A stretch of DNA of 64,000 nt from Acytostelium subglobosum. Taxonomy: Eukaryota. How positions within the stretch are numbered: the first letter of the stretch is position 1; each line of letters starts with the position of its first letter. Under the pieces are notes generated by a model, which saw nothing but the letters and a program-made list of their open reading frames with translations, had not been told where the DNA came from and ran no database searches. Position numbers and translations under genes: made by a program. Positions 44,952 to 58,404 of this stretch are shown piece after piece. Location of the stretch: positions 9,001-73,000 of the forward strand of contig NW_012236500.1 of the NCBI RefSeq assembly GCF_000787575.1. The letters are read 5' to 3'.

Positions 44952-46050
44952 CTAGACGAGTGATGATGCACTGTTCTGCTGAATGAACTTCTCGAAATGC
45001 GACTTGGCCACCTGGATGTTGAGCAGCGTGGCGGAAGACTCGATGGTTTGATCGGACATGATGACCATGATGTAGGTGTTGGACGTGAAAGCATCAATGT
45101 AAGCGGCAAAGTTAGAGTTCCTGACCTCCATGGCCTGGAAGTTGGCCTGTGACTTGGAGCAGCTGAGGAAGAACTGCTTGATGATGGTGCTGATCTTCTC
45201 GAATCTGTGTACATCCTTGTGCTGCTTGCGGTGAGAGTGCGAGATCACCAGGAAGGTGGCCTTCTCAAACAGGACGACCTCGTCGGCCTCGCAAATCTTA
45301 CAGAACTTGTCCAGGTGACGCTCCAGCACGTTCACGTTGGGAATCAGTGAGTAGACGATCGATGACCAGGCCTTGTACAGCGTCTCGTCCCAGATGGACG
45401 TGCGGAAGCACGTGACCTTGAGTGGGAGCGACAGCTGCTTCAACTCGGTCTCGCGCTGTCTGAAGAGGTTGTCGCGCTGGTCCTCGGGCACCAGATCCAT
45501 TTTGTGCACCAGACAGAAGATCTTGGCGTCCTTGGAGTTCTGGAGGATGGCCTCGAGACACGACTTGTAGTTCTTGAGATCCTTCTGATGCTCGCGGCTC
45601 TCAATGTCAAACACATAGATGAGCACCTCGACATTCCTAAAGATATGATCGCGCTGTGTTGTAAGATAGCTCTCAACAAAGCTCTCCTGTCCACCACAAT
45701 CCCAAAGGTTCAGTACCAAGTTTCCAAGGAATCTAACATGTGAATGTTCGACATCGACTATAATAATATTTGATTGATTGTGTCAGCAATAGTCCAAGAA
45801 ACCTGTTGTTGTCCTAATCTTTGATTGATCGATCGCCATTCGTTAACATACTTGTAACACCCAAACGCATTGTGTCTCTGGCTATATAGTTGGCAAAGAT
45901 GATTGATCTCATCGAAGTCTTTCCAGACTCACTCCTGCCCATCAACAAAACCTGTCATTATGAATGAATGAATGATTGAATGAATGAATGAGTGAGAATG
46001 TCCTTTGGTTATTGTTCACACATTATGTTTGATCCTACCTTTCTCTTCAT
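44952..46050 (-). CDS. ragA: Rag A/B GTPase (Gtr1 orthologue). Three exons: 46050..46039 (MKRK micro-exon), 45951..45852 and 45757..44952.
   Basis: After the 12-nt first exon comes [31 protein letters not shown], then V-T|GTATGT, then [27 protein letters not shown].. through ..HFEKF. This is collinear with human RagA. The splice phases sum to 305 codons. Confidence 0.88.
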
Positions 46051-47180
46051 TGTTTATATTGTATGTTGTGTTGTTATATATATAAATATAACTATAATAT
46101 AATAATGTGAATGAGATTGACGATTGTAATTGTAAAGAACAAGAAGAAGACTCCTTCAACCACTCTCTCTCTCACCTCTCTCTTTGACAAACACAACCCC
46201 TCTTGCAATCAAAAAAATAAATAAAAAGAAAAGAATCTCACTCAATGGGACAACAGACACTCACTTTGTCGACTCCAACAATAATTCATTGATCAATGCA
46301 AGTTGTGAGCAAAGAAGAGGAGATGATAAAAGTCCACTTTGTTGGAAGATCTAACCTTAATGGTCTCAGCATCCAAACCAACCAAACAATCAAACAAACT
46401 CTTATCACCATTGAATGAATGAAGGAATCGAAGGGACCTATGAGGATGTCAAGAATGTATGAATAATTGAATGAAGGAATCGAAGGAACCGAATGAGATG
46501 GTAATGAATGAGAGTGAGAGAGATAAGATAGATAGTATGATTGGAGACCTGACGGATTTGGTGTTGCCGAGGGTCAGTTGAACTCTGATGATGGTGTTTT
46601 GAAAAAACATCAACACTGAGTTGGATGAAGAGGGTTCCGATCCGAATACCTTTTGGAAAAATGTGTGGAAGAGTAGACGAGTTGGGACGCCCCATCAACC
46701 AATGCGACCTAATAATACTTTATCAAGGTTGTTGGATGTGAGTGAGTGATTTAGGTGAGTGAGTTGGTGAATGAGCCAGGGATTTGCTTGCATTTCATTC
46801 ATTGTTTACTTACACATATTCACACTTATACACATATTTGATACTTGGTATCGATCACTTATTATTAATAATCATTACCAAATCAGATCACATACCGACT
46901 TACCCCGATAGCCATAACACTAACCTTTTTAGGACAATCAATTCGATCAGTCAATCAAAAAGACACTCACTCACACACTGATTGATCACAACCCCCACTC
47001 ACACGCCGTCAGTCAACCAAACATCAGCAAAGACCAAAAAAAGAGAGTTCCAATCACAACACCACCGTCAATCAATCAATCAATCATTCAGTCAAACATT
47101 ATTATTATTATTACTATCACAACAACAACAAACAAACAAATAATATATATATAAATATATAATATAATACTTATTTATTT

Positions 47181-48271
47181 ATGGAGGCAATAATGGATAA
47201 ATCAGAGAAAGAGATTATCGACCTGCAAAAGGAGATATTGGATATTGAGAAGAATCAGACGGCGATCAAGGAGAAGGGCGTGAGCTTCAAGGAACAGATA
47301 AATGTTGGCTTTAGACATTTGGACGATATATGCAACACGCTGGCCAAGCAGGAGAAGGAGTCGTCGCGCCTGCAGGCGCGTCTGGCCGCCCTGCCCAAGT
47401 CCAAGGAGAGCGCCGAGCTCGCCGCCAAGCTGAGCGGCCTGCGCGCCTCCATCCGCCAGTCCAAGAAGACGTTCACGCCCGAGACCGGCGGCATGTTCGT
47501 GCGTCTCTTCCTGGGCCAGGTCAACGTGAAGCACTACCGCGAGGGCGAGCGCTTCCGCCTCAAGACCGAGTACGAGAAGTTCCGCTTCAAGACCAACCCG
47601 CAGTTCCTCGGCTTTGTCGCGCTGCTCCTCCTGTTCCCCTACAGCTCGTTCGTCACCACTTCGTGGCAGATCTGGCTGCTCTACTACTACGTGACTTTGG
47701 CGCTGCGCGAGAACATCTTGCTGGTCAACGGCAGCTCGATCCGTCCCTGGTGGATCATGCATCACTACCTCTCTATTGCCGGCTCGCTCACCAACCTCCT
47801 CTGGCCCTTCTCCGACTCATTCGCCTACTTCCTGCCTCAAATGACCTACTTCTCTGGCGCGCAAGGTCTAGTCCAGTTCCTTGCCAGTCGTTATCAACAA
47901 GGTCAACTCTACAAGCTCACTGCGATGGGCAAGGCGACAATAATGGATGTATCTGGTGAGAATGTAAGTTTGAATGATCATCGCGATGGACTCGGCCCTG
48001 GACTAACATCACCCGCTCAAACAAACAGATACAAGGTCATGGATGGGCACCAAGTGCACTGTTCTTGTTGCCATTCCTGTTGTTTGTACAGTCATTCCAA
48101 CTATACAATGGTATCACATTCTTGTATTACTGTTTCACTCATCAGGGTATCGAGTGGCAGGTGATTGCCTGTGGCATCATATTCATCCTGCTTGGCGTTG
48201 GCAACTTCATCACAACAATGCAGACCTACTACTCCAAATGGCTTAACAAGAAACAGAAGAAGTCACAATAG
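47181..48271 (+). CDS. TMEM120 (TACAN-like) membrane protein. Exon 1 is 47181..47963, the intron is 47964..48028, and exon 2 is 48029..48271.
   Basis: N-terminal coiled coil, TM helices, and the conserved WW.HHY.S motif (IRPWWIMHHYLSIAG). The donor is AAT|GTAAGT and the acceptor is aaacag|ATACAAGG. The C-terminus reads FLLPFLLFVQSFQLYNGITFLYYCF.. Confidence 0.8.
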
Positions 48272-48701
48272 ATCAATCAATCGATCAATCAATCACAGAC
48301 ATCATCCGACATGGAACAACAATGTACCGCCTTTCCAATCCTCAACATCAATCACTCAACCAAACACTCACTCAATCAATCTATCATGTCGTATTACCAT
48401 CTCGTGACTACTATAAAGGGTCACGTCAACCAACATCAACATCAACATACACATCCACATCCATCCATTCATTCATTCATTGATGGGCCATCGATGGCCA
48501 TCATTCGTCGCGCGCACCAACAGCTGGTAGGGCTGTCTAAATAAACAGATGAGAGGGGAGAGTGAGTGATCGTCTGGTCGTCCGGCCTGTGAAGGGCAGG
48601 TCGCCAGAGCCTCACACTCACAACATAGATAATACACAACTAAGGCTTCATAAGTTATAATAGCTAGCTTCTGCCGACTAAATGTCGGACAACTAGTTGA
48701 T

Positions 48702-50349
48702 TCATTCTTTCTTTGACAAGCATGCCTTGACGACGTTGAGCACCTGTCCACTGGTGATGAGTTTGTTGACAGCCTCAATGTCGGGCTGGAGGAAACGGTC
48801 ACGCTCCATGAACGAGACCTTTGAACGCACAAGACGATAGACAGCCTCGAGTGGCTCGGTGGTCTTGTGTGGGCGAAGGAAGTCCAGCGCCTGGATGTTG
48901 GCCAGCAGCTCGATGGCCAGCACGTTCTCGACGTTATCGACGACCATCAGAGCCTTGCGAGCAGACCAGCCACCCATGGACACGTGGTCCTCTTTGGCGG
49001 CACTGGTGCTGAGCGAGTCGACTGATGCTGGATGGCACAAAGTCTTGTTCTCCGAGACGAGTGCGGCGGCAGTGCAATGGGCAATCATGTATCCAGAGTT
49101 GAGACCTCCCTCCTTGACAAGGAAAGCTGGCAGGCCGCTGAGGTGGTGGTTGACCAGACGCTCGACACGACGCTCACTGATGCTGGACAGCTCGTGCACA
49201 GCGATTGCCAGGTAGTCGAGCACCTTGGCGGGGTACTCGCCGTGGAAGTTGCCTCCAGACATGGTTGTGTTCATGCTTGTGAACACCATTGGGTTGTCAG
49301 TGGCGCTGTTGAGCTCTGTGGTGAGGATGCCCTCAACAAAGGTGATGGTGTCGCGAACAACTCCGTGCACTTGGGGGATGCAGCGCAGTGTGTAGCTATC
49401 TTGGACGCGTCCACAGTCGCGATGGCTCTCTGAGATCTCTGAGCGGAAGCCGCCCTGCTCCTCATTATGCAGGAGAGAGCGCATAAAGGCAGCGACGGCC
49501 TTTTGGCCAGTGTGTGGACGGGCCTCATGGATGGCTGGGTGGAAGGCCACGACGGTGCCCTTGAGCACCTCGAGAGTGATGGCGGCGATAATGTCGGCGG
49601 TCTCGGCGAGCACCTTGCTGCGCTGCAAGGCTTCGGAGCCGAGCGACGAGATGAGCTGTGTGCCGTTGATGAGTGCCAGACCCTCCTTTGCCTTTAGGTC
49701 GATTGGTTGAAGCTTGTGTGCGGCCAGGATATCGCCGGCGTTACCAACAAGGCCAGTGGAGCAGTCCAACATTGGACCCTCGCCCATCAATCCTTGGGCG
49801 AGATGTGCGAGTGGAGCGAGATCGCCCGATGCGCCCACCGTACCCTTCTCTGGAATCAATGGCAAACAGTCGGCATTAAGTATATTGATTGCGCGCTGCA
49901 CCGTCTCCAATGATATTCCACTGTATCCCTTTGCCAACACATTGATTCTCAATGCGAACAGCATCCTTGTTCTTGCTGGAGTCAAAGGTGTACCAACACC
50001 ACTTGAATGTGATCTAATAAGGTTCTCTTGTAGTCTATCATCATCATCATTCAAGTCAGTATCATTCAATCATTCAATTATTCATTCGATCAATCATTCA
50101 AACTTACAACTTGATCTGATCATTTGGGATTGTCACATCGGAGAAGAGACCAAAGCCAGTGTTGATACCATAGACAACTTTGTTTGAGGCCAAGATGTTA
50201 TCGATGACTTCACGACCCTTTATAATGATTGTTTCGACCTCTGGAGTAATGCGCACCTTGTATCCATTATATCCAATATTGACCAAATCTTGAATTGACA
50301 AGTTATATCCATCAAGATTGATGTATGATGTTGTAGTTGTAGTTGACAT
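48702..50349 (-). CDS. hal: Histidine ammonia-lyase (histidase). Exon 1 is 50349..50108, the intron is 50035..50107, and exon 2 is 50034..48702.
   Basis: GINTGFGLF in exon 1. The donor AAGTT|GTAAGT and acceptor gatgatag| join [19 protein letters not shown]. The MIO-forming motif [15 protein letters not shown] is present. Full-length, about 524 aa. Confidence 0.88.
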
Positions 50350-50845
50350 CTTATAGTATAATTATATGTTTGAATAAATAATGAGTATATATATATATGT
50401 ATATATTCGGAATGAATGAATGAATGAATGCAATGAGATAGATTGATTGAATGAGCTTCGGACACTTCGCTTGTTTTGAAATTGAACACATCAACAACAC
50501 ATTGATTCTTACACATTGTTTTCTCTCGTTTGGTGATAAATTGAATAAAAATGTGGGGTGACAAGTGGGATTCTAACTTGTTTGGGAACTAACTTCGCAG
50601 TCGTGTCGGGCATCCAATCCGAGATACTTTGTGGGTTGTGTGTTGGCAACTAACACATGACTTGACATAAGTCTATGACATGTATTGTTTTGTTATCAAC
50701 CATCAATGGAACCTTTATAGATATAACAAACAGTGTAATTGAATGATTGGAATAGTTCCAATTTTCATGGAACGAGTGATCGATTGAGAAGTTTGACACT
50801 CTTTTTGTAATAATAATAACAATCAAACAAATATAGATAAATATA

Positions 50846-50875
<30 letters not shown>

Positions 50876-50876
<1 letters not shown>

Positions 50877-52897
50877 TGATGGACAGATTATCAAATTTAG
50901 TTCTTAGACAGATATTCGATCATTTGAGGGAGGATAAAGATGATCATTTCAATGCATTGTGCTTGGGAATCACTTGTAGACGTCTGTTTGATATGATGTA
51001 CAAATGGATGACAGAGGTTGACGTCAATCATTGGGACAGAACACTGTACAATCATTGCAAACCAACAATGTCAATAACGTTGTATGATGATGATGAAGTG
51101 TCGAGTAATGCAATGATGGAACATCCATTGAATCCATTGGACAATCTTGAGAAGAGACCTTCGTATGAGTGCCTGACCGACCTCACCATCAATGTTTACA
51201 AACAATCAGTCTCACCCGATCGCCTGCCCCATCACTCACTCGTCTGACGGTCTCTTCCGGTCTCAAGTCTGGCCCCCTGCCCTCATCGATCACAAGTCTG
51301 AGCGTTGGCAATCTTTTACAGTCATTCAACATTGGCGATCTGCCACCATCTCTTCGCACAATGGACGTTCAATTCGGTACTAGTTGTCCGATCCTACCTC
51401 GTACGCTCCCATCGTCACTCGTCTCATTGACACTCAAGCTCCATTCTCCACTTTTATTATTAATACTGTGCCCCTGCTGATGCCCGGTTCACTGCCCGAT
51501 TCACTTGAGACACTTATACTAGATAGTTCAATCATTTATCCGTTGCAACCTGGATTGTTCCCATCATCTCTGACATCAGTGATTCTTGGGGGTGTTCAAC
51601 TTCTCGATCCACCAACTCCTGGCGATCTGCCCTCATCGATCACATCACTAGAGTTTGACTGGAACTTTGATCGTGCCCTGGGCATGGATGTGCTGCCCTC
51701 CTCGCTAAAGACACTACGTTTTGGCAACAATTACAATCAGTATTTCTATCCTGGCGTGCTACCACAATCACTCCAGTCATTGTACTTTACCAAGGATGGC
51801 AAGTTCAATCAACCTTTTGCACCGGACGCGCTCCGCCTCGCCTGGTCACACTCTCATTGTTGTCGAGATTCGACAAACCAATCATTCATGGATCATTACC
51901 CAACAGCCTGGCGACACTGGAGTTTGGGGACAATATGAAAACGATTCATCTTGGTACATTACCGGCATCGCTCACCTCTCTGTCATATGGGCAGAATTTA
52001 AACTTCATAAGTATAGTAGTATACCCTGATCATGGTCAAAATGTATTTCCACAATCACTCCAGACATTGAGCATCGGTTGTGCATGGTATTACGGTGATC
52101 TTCCTGCACTTCAGACCCTACCATCAAGTATGACATCACTGTCAATTCAACTCGACAACAATGACCACCCCCTTGCATTACTGCCGCGTTCATTGACCCA
52201 CCTTGACCTTGGTGATCGGTTCAACAAACCGATCACACCTGGATCATTGCCAGAAACACTTGTGAATCTCACTTTTGGAAATGCATTCAACCAGGCTTTG
52301 CCTGTCGGTGTGTTGCCAGCATCACTGGTCGACCTTTCATTTGGCAATATATTCAACCAACAATTGACCAAAGGAGTGTTGCCATCTTCACTCACATCAC
52401 TGAATCTGGGACGTGATTACAAACAAAGTGTAGGTCATACTTTATTGCCTGGTACACTACAAACACTTTCAGTGATCTGGCGGACACAGATCAAGTACAT
52501 CATTTCACCAACAACATCGTCATCCGAGTCGGCCGATCTTGAGTTGTTGGAGATCAGGGTACCCTTTGTTTGGACGGACTTGGTAGCCAAGAGCAAGGCA
52601 CGTTCAATCAAGTTGTTGCGAATCAAACTATTTCTGAAGAGGAACTCGACTGGTGAGGCCGAGGTTGTCGGTCCAATCATCGTGTCATTGCCCAACGTAC
52701 ACTCGTTCAACATCGACTTTGTCTATCCGCACAACAAACGTGGATCTTATCCGAACATGAAGGAGTTCCAAGTCCAAGCTCGTCGGATCAACGAACGACT
52801 GGTCATATGCAACATGATCTTCAATGATAGCCAAAAGTTAAGAATACTAGACTTAACTCCATATATTACAATCAAACAATCACAATCACAATCTTAA
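50876..52897 (+). pseudogene. F-box-like/FNIP-repeat paralog (array unit 1) broken by at least 3 frameshifts
   Basis: The coding signal hops across four frames (ORFs 50876..51247, 51169..51480, 51384..51938 and 51857..52897). Each still encodes collinear pieces of the intact paralogs (MMDRLSNLVLRQIFDHL..DDHFNALCLGITCRRLFDMM, ..LPSSITSL.., ..RILDLTPY..). Confidence 0.65.
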
Positions 52898-53395
52898 TTT
52901 TAAAGTTGAATGATTGATTGATTCGAATGAATGATTCGAATGAATGAACGTTCATATGACATGAGCACAAGCAAGGTTGGTTGTTGGGGGCTTGGCTGTT
53001 TGAGTCAGGAAGGTCACGATGCTACTATTTCAAGACAGCTGCTCACTGATTGTGTGCATGTTGTTGTAGACACTGTGTTAGCATAGGTGTTGTTGTTGAC
53101 TGGACTGTTCACAAGTGATTGATTGATCAGGTGTGTGTTAGATTGAAATGACGTTGTCATTGCTCGAGAGTGTGGCTGTAGTGGCTACAACATGTAGCCC
53201 AGGGTGGGTTACTGAGTCGACAGAATGTGAAAGGATGCTGACACCTTGAAGAATGAAAAAGGGCGGGAAGAGTGATGGAATGGATGAACTGTATGGGACG
53301 AGATGAAAACGAACATTATTCAAGGCATCAACTTAAAGATAGAGAGATAGAGATAAAGATATAGAGATAGAGAGAAGGAGGGCAAGGCCAACATA

Positions 53396-55495
53396 ATGGA
53401 TAGACTATCATATTTAGTTATTAGACAGATATTCGATTATTTAAAGGATGATCATTTCAATGCATTGTGCTTGGGCATCACTTGTAGACGTCTGTTTGAT
53501 ATAATGATCAAACGTATGACTGTTGTCAAGATGAATCATTGGGACAAGTCATTAGAGCTGTACAGAGATTGCCACCCAACAATGTCAATATCATTGAATG
53601 AACTTCGCCATCTTGAGAAGTTGCCTTCCTACGAACGCGTTGTTGACCTGACCATCACTTCAGGCGATCACCATAGTGATGTGGCCACTCCTTATGATCT
53701 CCATCCCTCACTCGTCTAAGTCTCCTCAACAAATACGACAACATTCTCATGCCTGGCCAGATGCCATCATCGATCACCAATCTTATCCTTCACGATCATG
53801 CCAAGTCATTCAGAATTGGAGAACTGCCACCAGCTCTCTCAACATTGTCCATCATTGGCTTCAAGAAAATGTGGACTTCCAGCCTCGAACACTGCCATCA
53901 TCACTAGTCTCATTGACCCTCACTTCCTATGACCGATCACTTGATCAAGGTGTACCACTGCTGATACCCGGTTCACTCCCAGACTCACTGGAGACGCTTT
54001 CAATTGAAGGCGCAATCATCAAACGGTTGAAACCTGGATTGCTCCCATCTTCGCTCACATCACTGAAGCTTGACGATCTTAATACCCACCGACACTTGGC
54101 GATCTACCTTCATCGATCACATCACTCGAGTTCTTGCATCATTTCGACCATCCGCTGGGCGTGGATGTGCTGCCGTCGTCACTCCAGACGCTACACTTTG
54201 GACACAACTACAATCAACCATTCGTACCTGGAGTGCTTCCACAATCACTCAAGTCATTATACTTTGCAAAGGGAAAATTCGATCAATCATTTGGACTGGA
54301 TGTGCTTCCACCTCAGCTTACATCACTCTCAATAATGTCCACTTACTACCACCGAGAATTCATTCCTGGATCATTGCCCAACAGCCTGGTCACTCTTCAG
54401 TTTGGAGAACATTATAGCAGGGTTAATTTAGATGTGCTCCCAACATCCCTGACTTCTCTGACATACGAGGATAAGAGTACCTTCTATTTATCTTATTCTT
54501 ATGATTTTTATACAAATCGTCCACGTGTCTCGTGGCCACCTACACTCAAAACAATGGTCGTTGGCGATCTGTGGCATACTCACTCTTCTCGCGTGCCGAT
54601 ACCCATTCCATCAAGTGTTACATCATTGTCAATTCAACTCGAACGCCAGGACCAACTTATATTACTGTCGCCAGCCTTGACCCATCTCGACCTTGGACAC
54701 ACTTACAACAGTCCGATCACACATGGATCATTACCTTCATCACTTGTCCATCTCACGATTGGAAATGCATTCAATCAAGTGTTGCCAGTTGGAGTGCTAC
54801 CGGCTACACTGGCCGACCTATCACTTGGCGATAAATTCAACCAGGCTTTGCCGACTGGAGTGTTACCATCATCACTCACATCTCTCAGCCTGGGACGTGA
54901 TTACAAACAAGGAGTGAAACAACTATCATTACCAGGAACACTACGAACTCTGTCAGTGGACTCGCGGGGCCAGACCAAGTACGTCACATCAACAACTTCA
55001 TCATTCAAGTCTGACCTCGATTTGTTGGAGGTGAGGACTGGATTCTTTTGGACAAACATGGCCACAAAGAACAAGGCCATTCCAATCAAGTTGTTGCGAA
55101 TCAAACAGTATGAGAGAGCAAGTGCGACCAGCCAAGCCCATATCATCGGACCAATGGTTGTGTCATTCCCCAATGTACATACGTTCGATGTCACCTTTTA
55201 TAATCATTATAGACCCAGCATTGAAGAGCGTATTTTCCACCACGCTCCAAAGATCTCTCCTAGCAGCGTATTATACCGAATCCAAGTACGCCGTATCTAC
55301 CAAAAACTTGCCATTTGCCTAAAACACAACCAAAGTTATTATATCGATGTTCCTAAATCTTGTATGAAAATACTAGACTTGTCTCGATACGATGGTAGTC
55401 GTCCTAGTCCTTCTGTCAAGTCTCATTCTACATTACCCGAGCCAGTCAATCAAACACCAGAGGATGAAGTTAACAATCAATCATTAATTGAATAA
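53396..55495 (+). pseudogene. F-box-like/FNIP-repeat paralog (array unit 2) broken by at least 2 frameshifts. Its 3' end is identical to unit 3.
   Basis: MDRLSYLVIRQIFDYLKDDHFNALCLGITCRRLFDIM.. stops after ATPYDLHPSLV*. The protein continues in two other frames (53676..54335 and 54134..55495). The last ~40 codons and ~120 nt of 3' flank are identical to the 55915 copy. Confidence 0.65.
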
Positions 55496-55914
55496 ATGGA
55501 TGAATGCATTCTAAATATTTGGCGGGTTGAAGTCTGGAAGGTACTCTGGTTCTGGTCCTGCTATTAAGCCTCAACAACTGTTGATAGAGTATATTGACTG
55601 TTCCATAAAGGTACACACTGCAACTGCAGGGGGTTGTTGACTATTCACTGTGAAGTGATTGATCAGGTGCTTGTGGGTGTGGTTATTTGATTGATTGATT
55701 GAGTGTGGGCATGAGTGGCGGCAGTGGCACCAATATATATTAATGGAGTCCTGCTCTTGACATAGCTTTGATGTCGAGAGTATATGAATGTAAATGTTTG
55801 AATGAGTTACTCACCAACTTTATCAAACAAACCATTCCATATCAATCAATTTATAAAGAAACATAAAGAATAAGATAGAGAGATAGAGATAGAGAAGAAG
55901 TCAAGGCCAACATA

Positions 55915-57987
55915 ATGGATAGACTATCATATTTAGTTATTAGACAGATATTCGAGTATTTGAAGGATGATCATTTTAATGCATTGTGCTTGGGAATCAC
56001 TTGTAGACGACTGTTTGATATAATGACCAAACGGATGATTGATGTCAAGATGAAACATTGGGACAAGTCACTAGAACTGCACCGAGATTGCCAGTCAACA
56101 ATGTCAATACCAATGTATGAACTTCGTCGTCTTGAGAAGTTACCTTGCTACCCCCGCATTATGGACCTGAACATCAATTACATCGATGAAGCAGCCACTC
56201 CTTATGATCTGCCACCATCCCTCACTCGTCTAAGTCTCCCAGACAGTTACATGCCTCGCCAGATGCCACCATCGATCACCAATCTGACACTTCGCAATAA
56301 TATCAAGTCATTCTCCATTGAAGATCTGCCTCCAGCACTCACCACTTTGTACATCAGTGGCTTCAAGGCGAATTGGACTATCCAGCCTCAAACACTCCCA
56401 TCATCTCTAGTCTCATTGACCCTCGCCTCCTATGGCCGACCACATAATCAACTTGAATCACTACTGATACCCGGTTCACTCCCATACTCATTGGAGACGC
56501 TTGCACTTGAAGGTTCAATCATTGGGCGGCTGAAACCTGGATTGCTCCCATCATCTCTCACATCTCTCAAGCTTGACGATCTACTTTCTCCACCGACATT
56601 AGTGGATCTACCTTCATCGATTACCTCACTCGAGTTCTTGAATCAATTCAACCTGATGCTGGGAGTGGGTGAGCTGCCGCCATCACTCCAGACGCTACGC
56701 TTTGGCTACGATTACAATCAACCATTTGTACCTGGAGTGTTTCCACAATCTCTTCGGTCATTATACTTTGCTGACGGACATTTCAATCAACCCTTTGAAA
56801 TTAACGTGCTTCCGCCACAGCTGACATCTCTCTCCTTAATGTCGAGATGGAACCAATCAATCATTCCTGGATCATGGCCCAACAGCTTGGCCACACTTCA
56901 ATTTGGCAAACATTATACCACGATTGAGTTAGATACACTCCCCTCATCGCTAACAGTTCTGACATACGAAGATAAGAGCGACTGCTCTTTCTTTAATTCC
57001 TTTGATTTTAATACAAAACGACTTATCTTGTGGCCATCTACACTCAAAACAATGGTCGTAGGCAATATGTGGAGATATCACACAGATCGACTGCCAATAG
57101 CCATTCCACCTAGTGTTACATCAATGTCAATTCAACTCCAACACCAAGACCATCTTACATTACTTTCCCCGTCCTTGACGCATCTCGACCTTGGACATAT
57201 ATACAACAGTCCGATCACACCTGGATCTTTACCTTCATCACTTGTCAACCTCATCATTGGAAAGTCTTTCAATCAGGTGTTGCCAGTTGGAGTGCTACCG
57301 GCTACACTGGCCGACCTATCACTTGGCGATTCATTCAACCAGGCATTGACCACTGGAGTATTGCCACCATCACTCACATCACTAAGTCTGGGACGCGATT
57401 ACAAACAAGGATTGAAACAAACATCTCTACCTGGAACACTAAGAAGCCTATCTGTGGACTCGAGGGGCCAGACCAAGTACGCCACATTACCAACTTCATC
57501 ATTCAAGTCTGACCTCGATTTGTTGGAGGTGAGGACTGGTTTCATTTGGACAAACATGGTTACAAAGAACAAGGCCAGTCCAATCAAGCTTCTGCGAATC
57601 AAACAATATATGAAATCAAATACGAGGAGCCAAGCCAATATCATCGGACCAATGGTTGTGTCATTCCCCAATGTTCACACATTCGACGTCACCTTCTACT
57701 TTAGACCCAGCAGTACAGATCGTATTTACGGCCGCCCTCCAAAGGACTCTCCCAGTGACGTAATATATAGAATGCAAGTTCGCCGTATCTATCAACAACT
57801 TGCCATTGGCCTTATATATAGTCTACGTAATTGTATCGATGTTCCTAAATATTATATGAAAATACTAGACTTGTCTCGATACGATGGTAGTCGTCCTAGT
57901 CCTTCTGTCAAGTCTCATTCTACATTACCCGAGCCAGTCAATCAAACACCAGAGGATGAAGTTAACAATCAATCATTAATTGAATAA
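55915..57987 (+). CDS. F-box-like/FNIP-repeat protein (array unit 3, intact, 690 aa)
   Basis: Single ORF. N-terminal F-box-like block, about 16 FNIP units, and a family C-terminus (..RIQVRRIYQQLAIGL..ILDLSRYDGSRPSPSVKSHSTLPEPVNQTPEDEVNNQSLIE). Confidence 0.85.
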   Translation: MDRLSYLVIRQIFEYLKDDHFNALCLGITCRRLFDIMTKRMIDVKMKHWDKSLELHRDCQSTMSIPMYELRRLEKLPCYPRIMDLNINYIDEAATPYDLPPSLTRLSLPDSYMPRQMPPSITNLTLRNNIKSFSIEDLPPALTTLYISGFKANWTIQPQTLPSSLVSLTLASYGRPHNQLESLLIPGSLPYSLETLALEGSIIGRLKPGLLPSSLTSLKLDDLLSPPTLVDLPSSITSLEFLNQFNLMLGVGELPPSLQTLRFGYDYNQPFVPGVFPQSLRSLYFADGHFNQPFEINVLPPQLTSLSLMSRWNQSIIPGSWPNSLATLQFGKHYTTIELDTLPSSLTVLTYEDKSDCSFFNSFDFNTKRLILWPSTLKTMVVGNMWRYHTDRLPIAIPPSVTSMSIQLQHQDHLTLLSPSLTHLDLGHIYNSPITPGSLPSSLVNLIIGKSFNQVLPVGVLPATLADLSLGDSFNQALTTGVLPPSLTSLSLGRDYKQGLKQTSLPGTLRSLSVDSRGQTKYATLPTSSFKSDLDLLEVRTGFIWTNMVTKNKASPIKLLRIKQYMKSNTRSQANIIGPMVVSFPNVHTFDVTFYFRPSSTDRIYGRPPKDSPSDVIYRMQVRRIYQQLAIGLIYSLRNCIDVPKYYMKILDLSRYDGSRPSPSVKSHSTLPEPVNQTPEDEVNNQSLIE

Positions 57988-58404
57988 ATGGATGAATGCA
58001 TTCTAAATATTTGGCGGGTTGAAGTCTGGAAGGTACTCTGGTTCTGGTGCAGCTATTAAGCCTCAACAACAGTTGATAGGTATATTGACTGTTCCATAAA
58101 GGTCCCACTGCAACTGAAGGGGGTTGTTGACTGTTCTTTGTGAAGTGATTGATCAGGTGCTTGTGGGTGTGGTTATTTGATTGATTGATTGAGTGTGGGC
58201 TGAGTGGCGGCAGTGGCAACAATATATATTAATGGAGTCCCACTCTTGACATAGCCTTGATGTCGAAAGTATAAGAATGTGAATGTTTGAATGAGTTACT
58301 CACCAACTTAATCAAACAAACCATTCCATATCAATCAAATATAAAGATACATAAAGATAGAGCTAGAGATAGATAGATATAGAGAAGAAGGCAAGGACAA
58401 CATA

